Shown here: one piece after another, positions 52,670 through 63,262 of the stretch
Numbering within the stretch: position 1 is the stretch's first letter
How the letters are laid out: each line of letters starts with the position of its first letter
NCBI GenBank assembly: GCA_963553525.1
Contig: CAUVOD010000004.1
Location: 2,125 to 66,124, forward strand
DNA length: 64,000 nt
Direction of reading: 5' to 3'
DNA from: an uncultured Lachnospiraceae bacterium
Lineage (GTDB): Bacteria; Bacillota; Clostridia; Lachnospirales; Lachnospiraceae
Notes under the pieces: model-generated
Seen by the model: only the letters and a program-made list of their open reading frames with translations
Databases searched by the model: none
Told to the model about the DNA's origin: nothing
Translations under genes and position numbers: made by a program

Positions 52670-53824
52670 TTAAATAAGCTCCAGCATTATATTGATCCTG
52701 TCCTCATAATTGAAGTCCTTTTTTATCCTTTCAAAGGCTCTCCATACCACTCTTTGCCTCTGTTCATCATTTTCCAGATAAAATTTTATTTTTTCCATGG
52801 CATCGTAGATGTTTTCATAGCAGACATACTCCGTATCCTTTTCAAAGAAATTTTCAAATTCGGACTGACCGCTTGTAAGCATGAAGCCCTTTGAAGCCAT
52901 GATATCCAAGGCTCTTAACGGAATGGCGCTTCTGTTTGCCCTTAAAACCGGATTGAGATTTATTTTCGAAGAATTGAAAACTCTCGGCATTTCCGATGTA
53001 TAGTCCACCGCTTTTCTTATGTTTACGCCCTTAAGCATTTCCTTTTCGTCGTCGTCAACCGATACCGCATACAGAGCCGTATCGCAAAGGGCCGCCGACA
53101 GCCTCAAAAGACTTATGCGCTCAAGCCTTGTGATATGGCTGCAAACGGCGTAAAAAAGCTCCGCTCTCGTTGGCTGCACGGCGGTTTCGGAAAGACTTTT
53201 ATAATGCTCACATATTGAGCTTACAAATTCCGGAGTAAGCGACTCGTCAACCACTTTACAGCCGTGATATTTGAGCTGAACAGAAATCACGGCGTCCAGA
53301 TATTTGGACTGCTCGTCGCTCATGAGAGCTTTAAGCTCAGGAAGAGGCGATTTATAGAGGCTGCCCACCAGAGATACATCGGATCTGAAGCCTTCGTCAA
53401 GCTTTGCAGCATTTTGAATCTTTCTCCAATTGCTTGCAAGAGGAAGATAAAAAGCGTTGTCTATACCCAAAGCTCTGTAATATGAACAGTCGAATTTGCT
53501 GAAAAAAAAGATTCTGTTGGTGGGATAATCCAGAGTATCCGTACTCGGAAGATTTGGAGGGCTGTCATACTGCCATGAAAGATACAAGATCTGAAGCTGA
53601 TTGCATACCTTCGCTGTGACGGGATAATAGTTCACCGTAAATACTGCATCATATTTGTTTTTTTTAAGCTGCTTTTTTATCCTGTATTCGCATATGTCAT
53701 TTTCATAGCAGGACTGTTCAAGCTCAAGCCTCTGCACGTCGACCTTATGTCCCATGGAGATGAAGCACTCGACGCAGTCTCCCATTATATAAGTGTTTTT
53801 GAAATTATATATAAGAATATTCAA
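52670..53824 (-). CDS. CgeB-like/DUF3880 glycosyltransferase
   Basis: YLSWQYDSP, YLPLA, VSLVGSLY, VFNSSKINLN, IPLRALDIMA..GF. Confidence 0.8.
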   Translation of the reverse strand: MNILIYNFKNTYIMGDCVECFISMGHKVDVQRLELEQSCYENDICEYRIKKQLKKNKYDAVFTVNYYPVTAKVCNQLQILYLSWQYDSPPNLPSTDTLDYPTNRIFFFSKFDCSYYRALGIDNAFYLPLASNWRKIQNAAKLDEGFRSDVSLVGSLYKSPLPELKALMSDEQSKYLDAVISVQLKYHGCKVVDESLTPEFVSSICEHYKSLSETAVQPTRAELFYAVCSHITRLERISLLRLSAALCDTALYAVSVDDDEKEMLKGVNIRKAVDYTSEMPRVFNSSKINLNPVLRANRSAIPLRALDIMASKGFMLTSGQSEFENFFEKDTEYVCYENIYDAMEKIKFYLENDEQRQRVVWRAFERIKKDFNYEDRINIMLELI

Positions 53825-53860
53825 GCTTCACCTCTGAAATATTTCATATCTGAAATATCG

Positions 53861-54859
53861 CTATTGTACATACCTTCCCAGTCTTTCTCTGGACGCCGCT
53901 CCAAGAGCCTGCATGGCGTAAGGATTTTCATTAAGCGGAGTTCTGAGCACGGTCTCTGCTGCCGTCCTTATGGTCTGAGCCAGCTGAGTATCAAAGGGCT
54001 CCTGTATTTCGCCCGCAGCCAGATGCTTTTCAAAAAGCCTGATCGCAAGGGAGAGCTTTCTGAGATAAAAGGTTTCCGCTCCAAGCCTTACAAGCTCGTA
54101 GTCGGGAAAAGACATAAGCCTTCCGTACACGGCTATGACGGATGAAATAAAGCCGCTGAATCTCTTTACAAAATTATTTACGTAAAAGGCTTCCTTTTTT
54201 CCGGGACTCTTTTTCCTGACATACATGGGATTGGGCAGAATATTTACCGCATATGCAAAGCATATGACCTCCGCCATAAAATCTTCATCACTGTCGCCCT
54301 CAACCGTATGATCTCTAAGTCTTATTCCCTTTTCTTTTAAAAAGCTCCTTCTGAATATTCTGGAATAAATAAGCCCCGTATCGGTAAGAAGGGCATTTCT
54401 TTTGTCCGGATCCAGCATGCCCGCAAAATCCACGGGAGTGGCTATGACTATTTTTTCATTGGCTTCATTGTATATGGGCGAGTCCACATAATCATAATAA
54501 TACTCTCCCTCGGTAGCCTTTTCATATATACGCTCATAAAAAGCAACGTCCACCATATCGGATACATTCATAAACGACACATACTGACCCTGCGCCTCAT
54601 CAAATCCGAAGTTGCAGGATCCTCCAAAGCTCATATGCTCCGGCAGGTGATATCCTATGACCCTGCCCGGGAACTGTGCACATAAATCGTCCACAGCCGA
54701 AGCCGTATCATCGCTTGACGCATCGTCTACAAGTATTATCTCCAAAGCGTCTTCGCCGTATTTTTCATATATGGTCTGATATACCAGATTCCCGAAATTA
54801 TCAACCAAGGCATTTTTGTTGTTATGAACGGGAAGTATACAGGATATTAGAACGCTCAT
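53861..54859 (-). CDS. GT2 family glycosyltransferase (divergent)
   Basis: ISCILPVHN, EIILVDDASSD; the usual DxDD reads NVSD; SD GGAGG before ATG 54859. Confidence 0.75.
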   Translation of the reverse strand: MSVLISCILPVHNNKNALVDNFGNLVYQTIYEKYGEDALEIILVDDASSDDTASAVDDLCAQFPGRVIGYHLPEHMSFGGSCNFGFDEAQGQYVSFMNVSDMVDVAFYERIYEKATEGEYYYDYVDSPIYNEANEKIVIATPVDFAGMLDPDKRNALLTDTGLIYSRIFRRSFLKEKGIRLRDHTVEGDSDEDFMAEVICFAYAVNILPNPMYVRKKSPGKKEAFYVNNFVKRFSGFISSVIAVYGRLMSFPDYELVRLGAETFYLRKLSLAIRLFEKHLAAGEIQEPFDTQLAQTIRTAAETVLRTPLNENPYAMQALGAASRERLGRYVQ

Positions 54860-54906
54860 CTCTCCTCCGGAACAAACTGCGGCAATGTATCGGTTTACAC
54901 ATGAGG

Positions 54907-54934
54907 ATATCGGCTTTTTAAGCCGAATACTTGA
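54907..54934 (-). promoter_or_regulatory. Sigma-28-like promoter heading the glycosylation genes
   Basis: TCAA-N16-GCCGATAT (perfect -10), 47 nt upstream of the ATG. Confidence 0.7.
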
Positions 54935-55118
54935 TAAAGAGTTTTGCCGCACACGTGATATATCGCATATTCTATGATATACTAAATATCGCTACATTCA
55001 ATGCCGAAGATTATATTTTTTTATCGATATATCAAAATAAATTCCGCAAAGGAATTTGAAAATCCGTTTTATTTCTACGCTTTACGGGTCTTTAAATCCG
55101 CTTTCAGGAGAATATATC

Positions 55119-56051
55119 ATGACTTATTATATTTTATGTACAGCTGATACCGTTTCCGGAGGTCCCGAGCTTGCTCATCAGCTTTGCGGGCAGATAATGT
55201 TAAACGGCTCCTCCGCCCGAATGTATTATGTAAAATCGGATCAAAAAGAGCCCGTAGATACATATGCTCCTGAAAGGTATGAAAAATACGAAACCGTACA
55301 TGCCGCATCGCTTGAACTTGCCGACAGTAAAGAAAATATTATAATTATTCCGGAGGGACTGACGGACTGGGCGTTTGTCTTTAAAAATGCCAAAATAATC
55401 CTATGGTGGATGAGCGTTGATAATTTCAGGCAGCGCTTCGACGACGGCTATATATATCGTCTCGATAAGCTTTGCAGCCTCCATTTAACCCAGTCCAAAT
55501 ATTCCGAAGCCTTCCTTGAATCCAAAAATATCGACAGTAAAAAAATATTGTGGCTGTCCGACTATATAGGTGAAATCTACAACAGATTCATCTTACCCCC
55601 GGAGTACAGAATAGATAAAGCTCTTTTTAATCCTAAAAAGGGATATGAGGATCTCAAGCCTCTCATAAAGCTGTGCAGCTTCGTGACATGGAAGCCGCTT
55701 ATAGATATGACCGAAGAGGAAGTTGTCATGAACATGCAGATTGCAAAGGTCTACGTCGATTTCGGATCTCATCCCGGCAAAGACAGGATACCCAGAGAGG
55801 CGGCAGCCTGCGGTCTGTGTGTTATCACCAACAAAAAGGGGAGCGCCGGCTTTTACGACGACGTCCCGATAAATGAAAAATACAAATTCTGCGATCCGAT
55901 AGATTATGAAAAGGCAGCTTGCTTGCTCAAAGACATCATAGATAATTGCAGCAGCCACTTTCACTCATTCGATAATTACAGATCCGTTATCAGGTCGGAA
56001 AAACAAAAATTTGAAGCCGATGTAAAAAAACTGCTTTCTTTTAAGCTCTGA
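55119..56051 (+). CDS. Putative glycosyltransferase
   Basis: SGGPELAHQL, WWMSVDN, YVDFGSHPGKDRIPREAA; SD CAGGAG before ATG 55119. Confidence 0.7.
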   Translation: MTYYILCTADTVSGGPELAHQLCGQIMLNGSSARMYYVKSDQKEPVDTYAPERYEKYETVHAASLELADSKENIIIIPEGLTDWAFVFKNAKIILWWMSVDNFRQRFDDGYIYRLDKLCSLHLTQSKYSEAFLESKNIDSKKILWLSDYIGEIYNRFILPPEYRIDKALFNPKKGYEDLKPLIKLCSFVTWKPLIDMTEEEVVMNMQIAKVYVDFGSHPGKDRIPREAAACGLCVITNKKGSAGFYDDVPINEKYKFCDPIDYEKAACLLKDIIDNCSSHFHSFDNYRSVIRSEKQKFEADVKKLLSFKL

Positions 56052-56058
56052 AAAGCCT

Positions 56059-57828
56059 TTATTTACGGTACAGCTCAAGCGCTATTTGCAGATACGAAAT
56101 AGTATATTTGTACCAGATATACTGCCATTCGCCGACAGGCTTGCCCACGCTGTCCTGATACAAAGACCAGACGAACCAGTAATATGACATAAATGCGACA
56201 TAAGCGATATAGTGCCTGTATTCATCCTTTTTCGCTCTGCGTCCGAGATAATATTTTAAAATATCGCCGATTTCTTCGACATCGTACGGAGAGCAGGCTA
56301 TAAATGTTCCTATATCGACAGCAGGATCCGCCATGCCCGAATATTCCCAGTCAATCAGATTGAATTTACCCTTTTCGTCTATTAAAAAATTGGTCTTGTA
56401 GCAGTCCACGTGACAGATCACCCTGCCTGATTTGTCCTTATCCGCAAGCCTCTTTAATTTGCAAATATCCTTTTTTATATTGTCCTCGCCGGTGAATTTG
56501 TCCCTTCCCCTTATTTCAAGCTCTTTATAAAAATCCTCTATCTTACTCCATATATCAAAATTGTATTTTGTTTTTTCCCCGGATTCGTGCAGCTTTTTTA
56601 TCAGCTTAAGAGCTTTTTTTACCTGTCCCTCATTTCTGTAATCCGGCTCACAGGCATTATCCACAAATGACGATATCTTCCACCCTTTTGACGCATCCAT
56701 ATATATATATGTGTTGTCGAGCTTTAATTTTTTGGCTATATCCATGGAAGCCGCTTCGCTTCTTCTGTTTATATACCTACTCGTCCCCGCTCCCGGATGG
56801 CGGTATACATATCTTTTATTTCTGCATTCAAATTTAAACGAGGTATTGGTAAGTCCGCTGTTTATAGGCTCTATATTTATTATTTCGGAGATGTCGCAGC
56901 AAAGAACTCTGCCGATATTGATCAATATTTCGGAATCGGTGTTTTCTATATAATCGGAGTCGAATTTCCTGAGCTCATCAAGGCTGTCAAACTCCTTTAT
57001 TACATCGCCATGATATTTGCGGATGTAAAGGCTCAGCTTTTTAATATTTCTGATATATAGCTTTTCCCACAGCTCGGAACGGGTCAGGCTCTCATCATAG
57101 GATTTTTTGAGAACGGAGGCAAATTCTTTGCTGAAATGCTCGTCCCAGTAAGTGTGTCCTATCATGTACCATGAATTTTTGCCTCCTATTTTTACATCCG
57201 TTATTCTCCCGTCGGCGGCTGCTCTTATGCAATATTCCTCGGTGCTTCCGTCAGCATAAGCTGCGGAATAATACGGCTTATATACATATTTTTCAAATAC
57301 GTTTTCCAAAAAATAATTATCGGAGGAGCAGATATAGGTGTTGGAAAGCTTATCTATAACCGCCATCAGGGACGAGGTATTGTTGTATCTGTAATAGTCT
57401 TCATTTATTACGATATTTATTTTGAACTTTTCAGCCAGATAATACATTTTTTCCTTCATATAGCCGACAACGACATATATCTCGTCTATTCCGGCTTCTT
57501 TAAGCTGTCTTATCTGCCTCTCTATCAGGATCTCGCCCTTTACGCTCAAAAGAGCCTTGGGCTTTTCATAAGAAAGCGGCGCAAATCTGCTGCTCATGCC
57601 CGCCGCCATGATCACCGCATTTTTTACCTTGAATTGAGAAAGCATCTTTTTTCCGGCCTTCATAAGCCCGGTATCAGCAATATATCCGCTTGATCTCAGA
57701 CTTTTTAAAAGCTTATTGGTCTTCCCCAGGGATATGCCGAGCGCAGAGCTTATATCTCTTTGACTTTGCTTTTTTTCTCCGATCTGCATCAAATGGCGCA
57801 GAACAAGAAATTCCGATTCCGTAATCAT
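56059..57828 (-). CDS. wHTH + LicC-like cytidylyltransferase + LicA-like choline/ethanolamine kinase fusion
   Basis: SQRDIS..LGISLGKTN (HTH); MAAGMSSRFAPLS.EKPKAL; GLTN.SF, CHVD....NF, LIDWEYSGM. Confidence 0.85.
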   Translation of the reverse strand: MITESEFLVLRHLMQIGEKKQSQRDISSALGISLGKTNKLLKSLRSSGYIADTGLMKAGKKMLSQFKVKNAVIMAAGMSSRFAPLSYEKPKALLSVKGEILIERQIRQLKEAGIDEIYVVVGYMKEKMYYLAEKFKINIVINEDYYRYNNTSSLMAVIDKLSNTYICSSDNYFLENVFEKYVYKPYYSAAYADGSTEEYCIRAAADGRITDVKIGGKNSWYMIGHTYWDEHFSKEFASVLKKSYDESLTRSELWEKLYIRNIKKLSLYIRKYHGDVIKEFDSLDELRKFDSDYIENTDSEILINIGRVLCCDISEIINIEPINSGLTNTSFKFECRNKRYVYRHPGAGTSRYINRRSEAASMDIAKKLKLDNTYIYMDASKGWKISSFVDNACEPDYRNEGQVKKALKLIKKLHESGEKTKYNFDIWSKIEDFYKELEIRGRDKFTGEDNIKKDICKLKRLADKDKSGRVICHVDCYKTNFLIDEKGKFNLIDWEYSGMADPAVDIGTFIACSPYDVEEIGDILKYYLGRRAKKDEYRHYIAYVAFMSYYWFVWSLYQDSVGKPVGEWQYIWYKYTISYLQIALELYRK

Positions 57829-57870
57829 AAAAATCTCCGCTAAGTATATACGTTTTAAAGCACATATATC

Positions 57871-57898
57871 TTATCGGAGACTTTTGTTCATTTTATTA
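57871..57898 (-). promoter_or_regulatory. Possible sigma-28-like promoter
   Basis: TAAT-N16-TCCGATAA, 42 nt upstream of the ATG at 57828. Confidence 0.4.
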
Positions 57899-57912
57899 TG
57901 TATGTACGTATA

Positions 57913-59427
57913 TTATGAACGATTTTCTTTGATATAATTATTTCCGTCCTTAAAAAATCCCGCTATTATAAGCAATATCACTATTCCTATGGGAAATGCG
58001 GCTATAATACTTACAGACTGAATATTCGACATGGAGCTTTCGGAGAAAACCAGGGTGATCGGCAGAAGAATCAAAAGTATGCACCACATAAGTTCAACCG
58101 ACTTATGCGGCTTTTCATTTTCTCCAAGCTCATGATAGCTGTAACACGAGGCTATATAAGCAATGGAATCGAAGGATGTGGCATAGAAGGCTATCATAGT
58201 AAGCAGCACGAAAATAAATACGACAGGAGCAAAGGGCAGGGTGTCGATCACGTCCATGATAAGAGCATAAATATCTCCTCCGTTGATATAGCCTCCTATA
58301 AAGTCAGATATCCCCGCCATCTGTCTTCCCATGGAATAATTACCTAAAATTATAAAGCTGGTTATTGTAGAGCCGGTTCCGAAAAGATAACCTCCGACTA
58401 TAAGCTGTCTGACTGTCCTTCCTCTTGAAATAGCACCTATAAAAAACGGAGACGCCACACACCACACCATCCAATACGCCCAGTAATACATGGTCCAATT
58501 CTGAGGAAAGCTTGATGTCCTTAAAGGATCGGTATATGTAGACAGCTCCATAAAGTTTCCAAGCATAGTGCCTATTTGACTCAGCCCGCTTTCTATTATG
58601 TAGCGAGCCTGCGACCCGAATATCAGCACATATGCCTGTATCCCGAAAAACAAAAGTATGCAGGCTTTAGCCAAAATATCAATACCTTTAATTCCCTTTA
58701 ACAGCGAATATGTATACACAACACAGGTAATTAAAAGAATGACTACGGTGATGATCCTCCTGTCAATGTCTGATCCGGATATTTTATTTACTATCTCCGC
58801 CATAAGAGGAGTGGCAATGCTGAAGGTGGTGGCTGTACCTGCGATCAGGGCAAATACGGCAAGTAAATCTATCATACGTCCCCAAAGTCCGTCCGTATGC
58901 CTTCCGATCACGGATCTGCACGCTTCGGAATATCTTTGCCTTTTTTTCTTTCTTACATGCAGCATAAAGCCGAAGGCTGCCGCCAGAGTCAGATAAAACG
59001 ACCACGGGATAAGGCTCCAATGAAATACCGGAAACACCCCCGCCCATTTCTGCACGGAGCCAAGCTCCTTCATATACGGATCGGCTGCATACAATATCCA
59101 CTCGGAAAAGGAATAAAACAAAATATCCGCCGCAAGTCCGCAGGTAAACATCATGGCTCCCCATGAAAAAAACGAATACTTCGGACTTTCATCCTTTTCA
59201 CCCAGTTTTATGTCTCCATACCTTGAAGCCGCCATATATATTGAAATCAAGAATACCGCAAGTCCTATAATCAGATAATATACTCCTATCTGACTGCACA
59301 GAAAAAAGCGTATTTTGCCTATGATCTCATTTGAATCCTCGGGAAAAAGAAAAAAAAGCAGACTTAAAAAAATAATGCTTATAAGAGGAACAAAGGTGAT
59401 AACGGGGTCTATTTTTTTCTTTTCCAT
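57913..59427 (-). CDS. BCCT family (betaine/choline/carnitine) transporter
   Basis: Multi-TM; PKYSFFSWGAMMF, FHW, WTMYYWAYWMVW, ISRGRTVRQ. Confidence 0.92.
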   Translation of the reverse strand: MEKKKIDPVITFVPLISIIFLSLLFFLFPEDSNEIIGKIRFFLCSQIGVYYLIIGLAVFLISIYMAASRYGDIKLGEKDESPKYSFFSWGAMMFTCGLAADILFYSFSEWILYAADPYMKELGSVQKWAGVFPVFHWSLIPWSFYLTLAAAFGFMLHVRKKKRQRYSEACRSVIGRHTDGLWGRMIDLLAVFALIAGTATTFSIATPLMAEIVNKISGSDIDRRIITVVILLITCVVYTYSLLKGIKGIDILAKACILLFFGIQAYVLIFGSQARYIIESGLSQIGTMLGNFMELSTYTDPLRTSSFPQNWTMYYWAYWMVWCVASPFFIGAISRGRTVRQLIVGGYLFGTGSTITSFIILGNYSMGRQMAGISDFIGGYINGGDIYALIMDVIDTLPFAPVVFIFVLLTMIAFYATSFDSIAYIASCYSYHELGENEKPHKSVELMWCILLILLPITLVFSESSMSNIQSVSIIAAFPIGIVILLIIAGFFKDGNNYIKENRS

Positions 59428-59455
59428 TTCTTTTTCCTTTTCCTAAGTCTAAATA

Positions 59456-61219
59456 TCAGTCTAAATATTTCTCCGCATATTTATAATATTCTTTGGCATA
59501 ATGATACTGCATAATGGAATACTCTCCGAATTCATAGCCGAACTTAAATTTGTATTCGCACCAATTCGACCAGAGAAGTCCGCAGGCGGCGATATAGCAA
59601 TATATTTTTATGCGTGTTCTCTCAGAGCACCTGTTTCCGAAATAAATATCTATCAGTCTGTCCGTCCGATCTTTGTCATACAGGGCATAAATACAAAACA
59701 TCGCAATATCTACATGAGGGTCCTGCATGGCTGAATATTCCCAGTCGATCAGGCTTACATGCAGCCTGCCTCTTAAATCCGTGTGCAGTATGAAATTGTC
59801 ATGAACAGCATCTATATGAGTTAGGCAGATATTCTTTTTCTGCCCTTCTATATAAGACTTGAGTCTCATAACATTTTCTTTTGTGCTCTTATAATCCTTG
59901 TAAATAGAAGCCGAGCCTCCGCACAAGTCCTCATAGAATTGTATCTTTGAAAATATATCGAAGCTGCTGTCCGACTTAAGATTAAGCCTATGAAACTGCC
60001 TAAGCTTCTTCATACACAGCTTTAAGTCATCTTCATTCAGGGGGTCGCAATTTCTTGCATTCGATATGAATTTGCTTATCATATAGCCGTTTTCTTCATT
60101 TACGTACACGGGATCGACGCAGACATTTTTATTGCGTATAAGCTTATATACCTTAGCCTCTTCGCTTCTGTTTATAAGTTTATCGGTGCCTTCTCCAGGT
60201 ATCCTCATTACGTACCTGCCGCCGGGGGCGCTGAACAAAAACGATCTGTTGGTCATTCCCTTTTTCAGCACCTCTATATCTCCGATATCCGATGTATTGC
60301 ATTTAAGAGTATCGGCTATGATAAAAAAGACCTTATTTTCAAGGCTGGATGATTTATCGTCTATGTTCCTTACATCCTCAGCCGTATTGATCTCTTTTAC
60401 ATTTTTTCCGGGAAAAATCCTTCCGTAAACTATCATTTCATCAGCATGATACAGCGCTTCCTCCCAGTAGCTGTTATCGTACGCCGTATCCATGCTTAAT
60501 TTAAGCAGATTATTCTTTACCTTTTCAAGCTCTTTTCCGAAGAGGTAGGAAATGCCTATCATCGCATTCCCGTTTTGATTTCTCTTTGTTCTTCTTAAGC
60601 TCCTTTTATTGTATATGACCACATCGCTCTTTCTCTTTTCGTCCGTGACCATGTACCATGAGTACAGCTCATATTCGGAAAAGGGATTTTCAGCACATCT
60701 GATATCCGCCGGAATTATATAGACATTTTGAAGCCCGGAGAGTATCAGCTTCAGAGAATGAAGATTGTTTTTGGTAAAATATTCTCTGTTGACAATCAGC
60801 TTTACGGAATATTCGTCTATAAGATACTCGAATTTTTCCTTCATGAAGCCGACCACCACATAAATATCCCTTATTCCGGCTTCATGAAGCTGTTTTATCT
60901 GCCGCTCTATAAGAGGCTCTCCATATATTTCGACCATCGCCTTGGGCACTTCGATATTTATGGGCACCATCCGCCTGCTGAAGCCCGCCGCCAAAATCAC
61001 CGCAGAGCGGGGTGACGATTTCTTTATAAGATCTTCAGCTTTCTTTGTAGGAGCATTGCCTTCACCCGTGATATAGCCTCCGGTTTTAAGGCTTTTTAGG
61101 ACAGCACCTACGCTGCGGACAGAAAGTCCCGCTTCTTTCGATAAAATTTTTTGATTTATAAAGGATTTTTTGAATAGTGCCAAAAGCACTTCCCGTTCGT
61201 TAATACTAAGCCCGTTCAT
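59456..61219 (-). CDS. Second wHTH + LicC-like + LicA-like fusion
   Basis: INQKILS..AGLS (HTH); ILAAGFSRRMVPIN..PKA; KKGMTNRSF, THIDAVHDNF, LIDWEYSAM. Confidence 0.85.
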   Translation of the reverse strand: MNGLSINEREVLLALFKKSFINQKILSKEAGLSVRSVGAVLKSLKTGGYITGEGNAPTKKAEDLIKKSSPRSAVILAAGFSRRMVPINIEVPKAMVEIYGEPLIERQIKQLHEAGIRDIYVVVGFMKEKFEYLIDEYSVKLIVNREYFTKNNLHSLKLILSGLQNVYIIPADIRCAENPFSEYELYSWYMVTDEKRKSDVVIYNKRSLRRTKRNQNGNAMIGISYLFGKELEKVKNNLLKLSMDTAYDNSYWEEALYHADEMIVYGRIFPGKNVKEINTAEDVRNIDDKSSSLENKVFFIIADTLKCNTSDIGDIEVLKKGMTNRSFLFSAPGGRYVMRIPGEGTDKLINRSEEAKVYKLIRNKNVCVDPVYVNEENGYMISKFISNARNCDPLNEDDLKLCMKKLRQFHRLNLKSDSSFDIFSKIQFYEDLCGGSASIYKDYKSTKENVMRLKSYIEGQKKNICLTHIDAVHDNFILHTDLRGRLHVSLIDWEYSAMQDPHVDIAMFCIYALYDKDRTDRLIDIYFGNRCSERTRIKIYCYIAACGLLWSNWCEYKFKFGYEFGEYSIMQYHYAKEYYKYAEKYLD

Positions 61220-61222
61220 CTC

Positions 61223-63184
61223 TTATCCGAATAAGCTCCTAAGCTCCGCTATTCCCATTTTTTCCATTGACTTGATTTTTTTCTCCCACATATCCTTTGT
61301 ATCATTACCCATGAGCTCTGATAATGTTTCTATGTAGAGCTTTCTCATGCCTTCGGTCGGCAGTATGACCATATCAGAAAATGCAACCGCCGGCTGCTCA
61401 ATCAGCTTTTTGATAGCGCTTTGTGAAACGCTGTCCTCTTCTTTTGGAGTAGCCACATCATAACAGGGAATATATATGAGCTTGTCCGTATATTTTCTGA
61501 GCTTATATGAAAAATATTTTTCATCCACGGTAATTTCGGCATTTGTCGAATCGAAAGGAAATTGTATCACTATACAGCTCGGGCATTTTTTCGAGATATC
61601 ATACTCGGCTTCGGAAATTATATCCATATCATCAGGGTAATCTCCTGCAACCTCATGAGCTTCTCCTACCTCTCCGTATATACTCTTATCATACCATTTA
61701 ACAGGCATAATCTTAACCTTAGCTTTTTTGTCGGCAACGGCTATCTTCCACACGGGCTCCATAGTATTCCACCAATCAGCTCTTACCGGCAAAAAAAGAA
61801 TTTCCTTTCTTTCCCTAAAGCTAGTATTTACAGCAGCCTCCATTTCGGAAGCCGCCAAGCTTATCTTTGCAGCGCAGCCATCATTCCATGCCTCAAATGC
61901 CTCAAAGATAGTCTGAGCCATCCTGTTAAGGCTCAAAATCGCTTCCTTACCCTCTTCAAATGCAGAGTCGTATACCTCAGATAAGCGGTCAATCAGACCC
62001 GCCGTTATCTTTTGGGCGTTTATAAGCAGCTGTGCCCTTTGAGCTCCGTCCGCTCTTATCAATATATCCGTATTGGCAAGCTTTTTTATGAGATTTATTT
62101 GATAATCCAGCTTTTCTTTTAAGCCCTCTTCTCTTTTTGATAAAATATTTTCGGAGGTCATGGTATATCTTCTGTAATTTACATTTCCGAGACGTTCCTT
62201 GAATTTTTTCTCCTGCTTTTCATAGCCGGGATAATCATGGGACGCTCCTCCCTTTAAAATATATTTTTTGTTTCCGTACAGTCCCTTGAGTATATCTTCA
62301 TATCCTATCGGAGCAGGCATCATAATCCCCTCAAAGGGTATATATGTTACGTCGGCATACCAGGCTCTTTCATATTCCACCATGGTTTCATTGTTCCAGT
62401 ACAGACAAAGCTTGGTTTTATCCGCTTTTTCATCATCCTCCGAAAGAGACTCGAGCCATTTCAGATTGATCTTACATAACTCATTAAGCATGTTTTTCGA
62501 TTTGTCCGTAACCATGCCCGTTTCCTTTTCAACCTTTTCAAGCGCCTTCTTAAATTCCTCTTTATACTTGCCCTTTTCTTTAACCTTAGCCCTGTCTTTA
62601 TCTATATCCTTATATTTCTTTTTATCCTCGTCCTCTTCCTTGCCCTCTTCCCTGTCGGCGGAACAGAGCCTTAAAGCGTCCATAATATCGCAATAAACAC
62701 TTTTGCGCATTTTTTCAAGCTCTTTATCTTCATATACGGCGTCAAGCACTATAATGTCCACACCGGCGGCGTAAGGGAAACCGAAGTGACTGTCTAAAAA
62801 TTCTTTTCCGCTGTCTACGCGCGTACTCGTATTGAATCTTATGACGCTGCTCTCAATATCGGGTCTGATAAGAGGACTTACTATGACATGATCCTCCTTA
62901 ATATACTTGGGAGCTTCCTTGATAAATATATTTACATCCTTTCTGGTCATGATTATATCCACGTCGTCATCCCATGGAATAAAGCCCTTGTGTCTTACAG
63001 CGCCCAGCAAAGTCCCCGAGTCAAGGAACCACTTTATGCCCAAAATTTTGCATATACGGTCCACCTCCGCCATTGCCTGTATCTGAGCCGCCCAGTTGCG
63101 CTTCATCATGTTGGATATAAAAAAACCCTCTCTTACCTCATCCTCAAAAAATGATTTGGGGAAATCCAGCTCCTCTAATGTCAT
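61223..63184 (-). CDS. licD: LicD family phosphotransferase with extra C-terminal domain
   Basis: GTLLGAVRHKGFIPWDDDVDI, VDIIVLD, P.GYEDIL..LYG. Confidence 0.85.
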   Translation of the reverse strand: MTLEELDFPKSFFEDEVREGFFISNMMKRNWAAQIQAMAEVDRICKILGIKWFLDSGTLLGAVRHKGFIPWDDDVDIIMTRKDVNIFIKEAPKYIKEDHVIVSPLIRPDIESSVIRFNTSTRVDSGKEFLDSHFGFPYAAGVDIIVLDAVYEDKELEKMRKSVYCDIMDALRLCSADREEGKEEDEDKKKYKDIDKDRAKVKEKGKYKEEFKKALEKVEKETGMVTDKSKNMLNELCKINLKWLESLSEDDEKADKTKLCLYWNNETMVEYERAWYADVTYIPFEGIMMPAPIGYEDILKGLYGNKKYILKGGASHDYPGYEKQEKKFKERLGNVNYRRYTMTSENILSKREEGLKEKLDYQINLIKKLANTDILIRADGAQRAQLLINAQKITAGLIDRLSEVYDSAFEEGKEAILSLNRMAQTIFEAFEAWNDGCAAKISLAASEMEAAVNTSFRERKEILFLPVRADWWNTMEPVWKIAVADKKAKVKIMPVKWYDKSIYGEVGEAHEVAGDYPDDMDIISEAEYDISKKCPSCIVIQFPFDSTNAEITVDEKYFSYKLRKYTDKLIYIPCYDVATPKEEDSVSQSAIKKLIEQPAVAFSDMVILPTEGMRKLYIETLSELMGNDTKDMWEKKIKSMEKMGIAELRSLFG

Positions 63185-63262
63185 TTTTTATTCTCCTTTA
63201 TATGCAAATATAATTATGATACAATATTTCAGTTAAAATATTCTGAAAGTATGGTGATTTTT

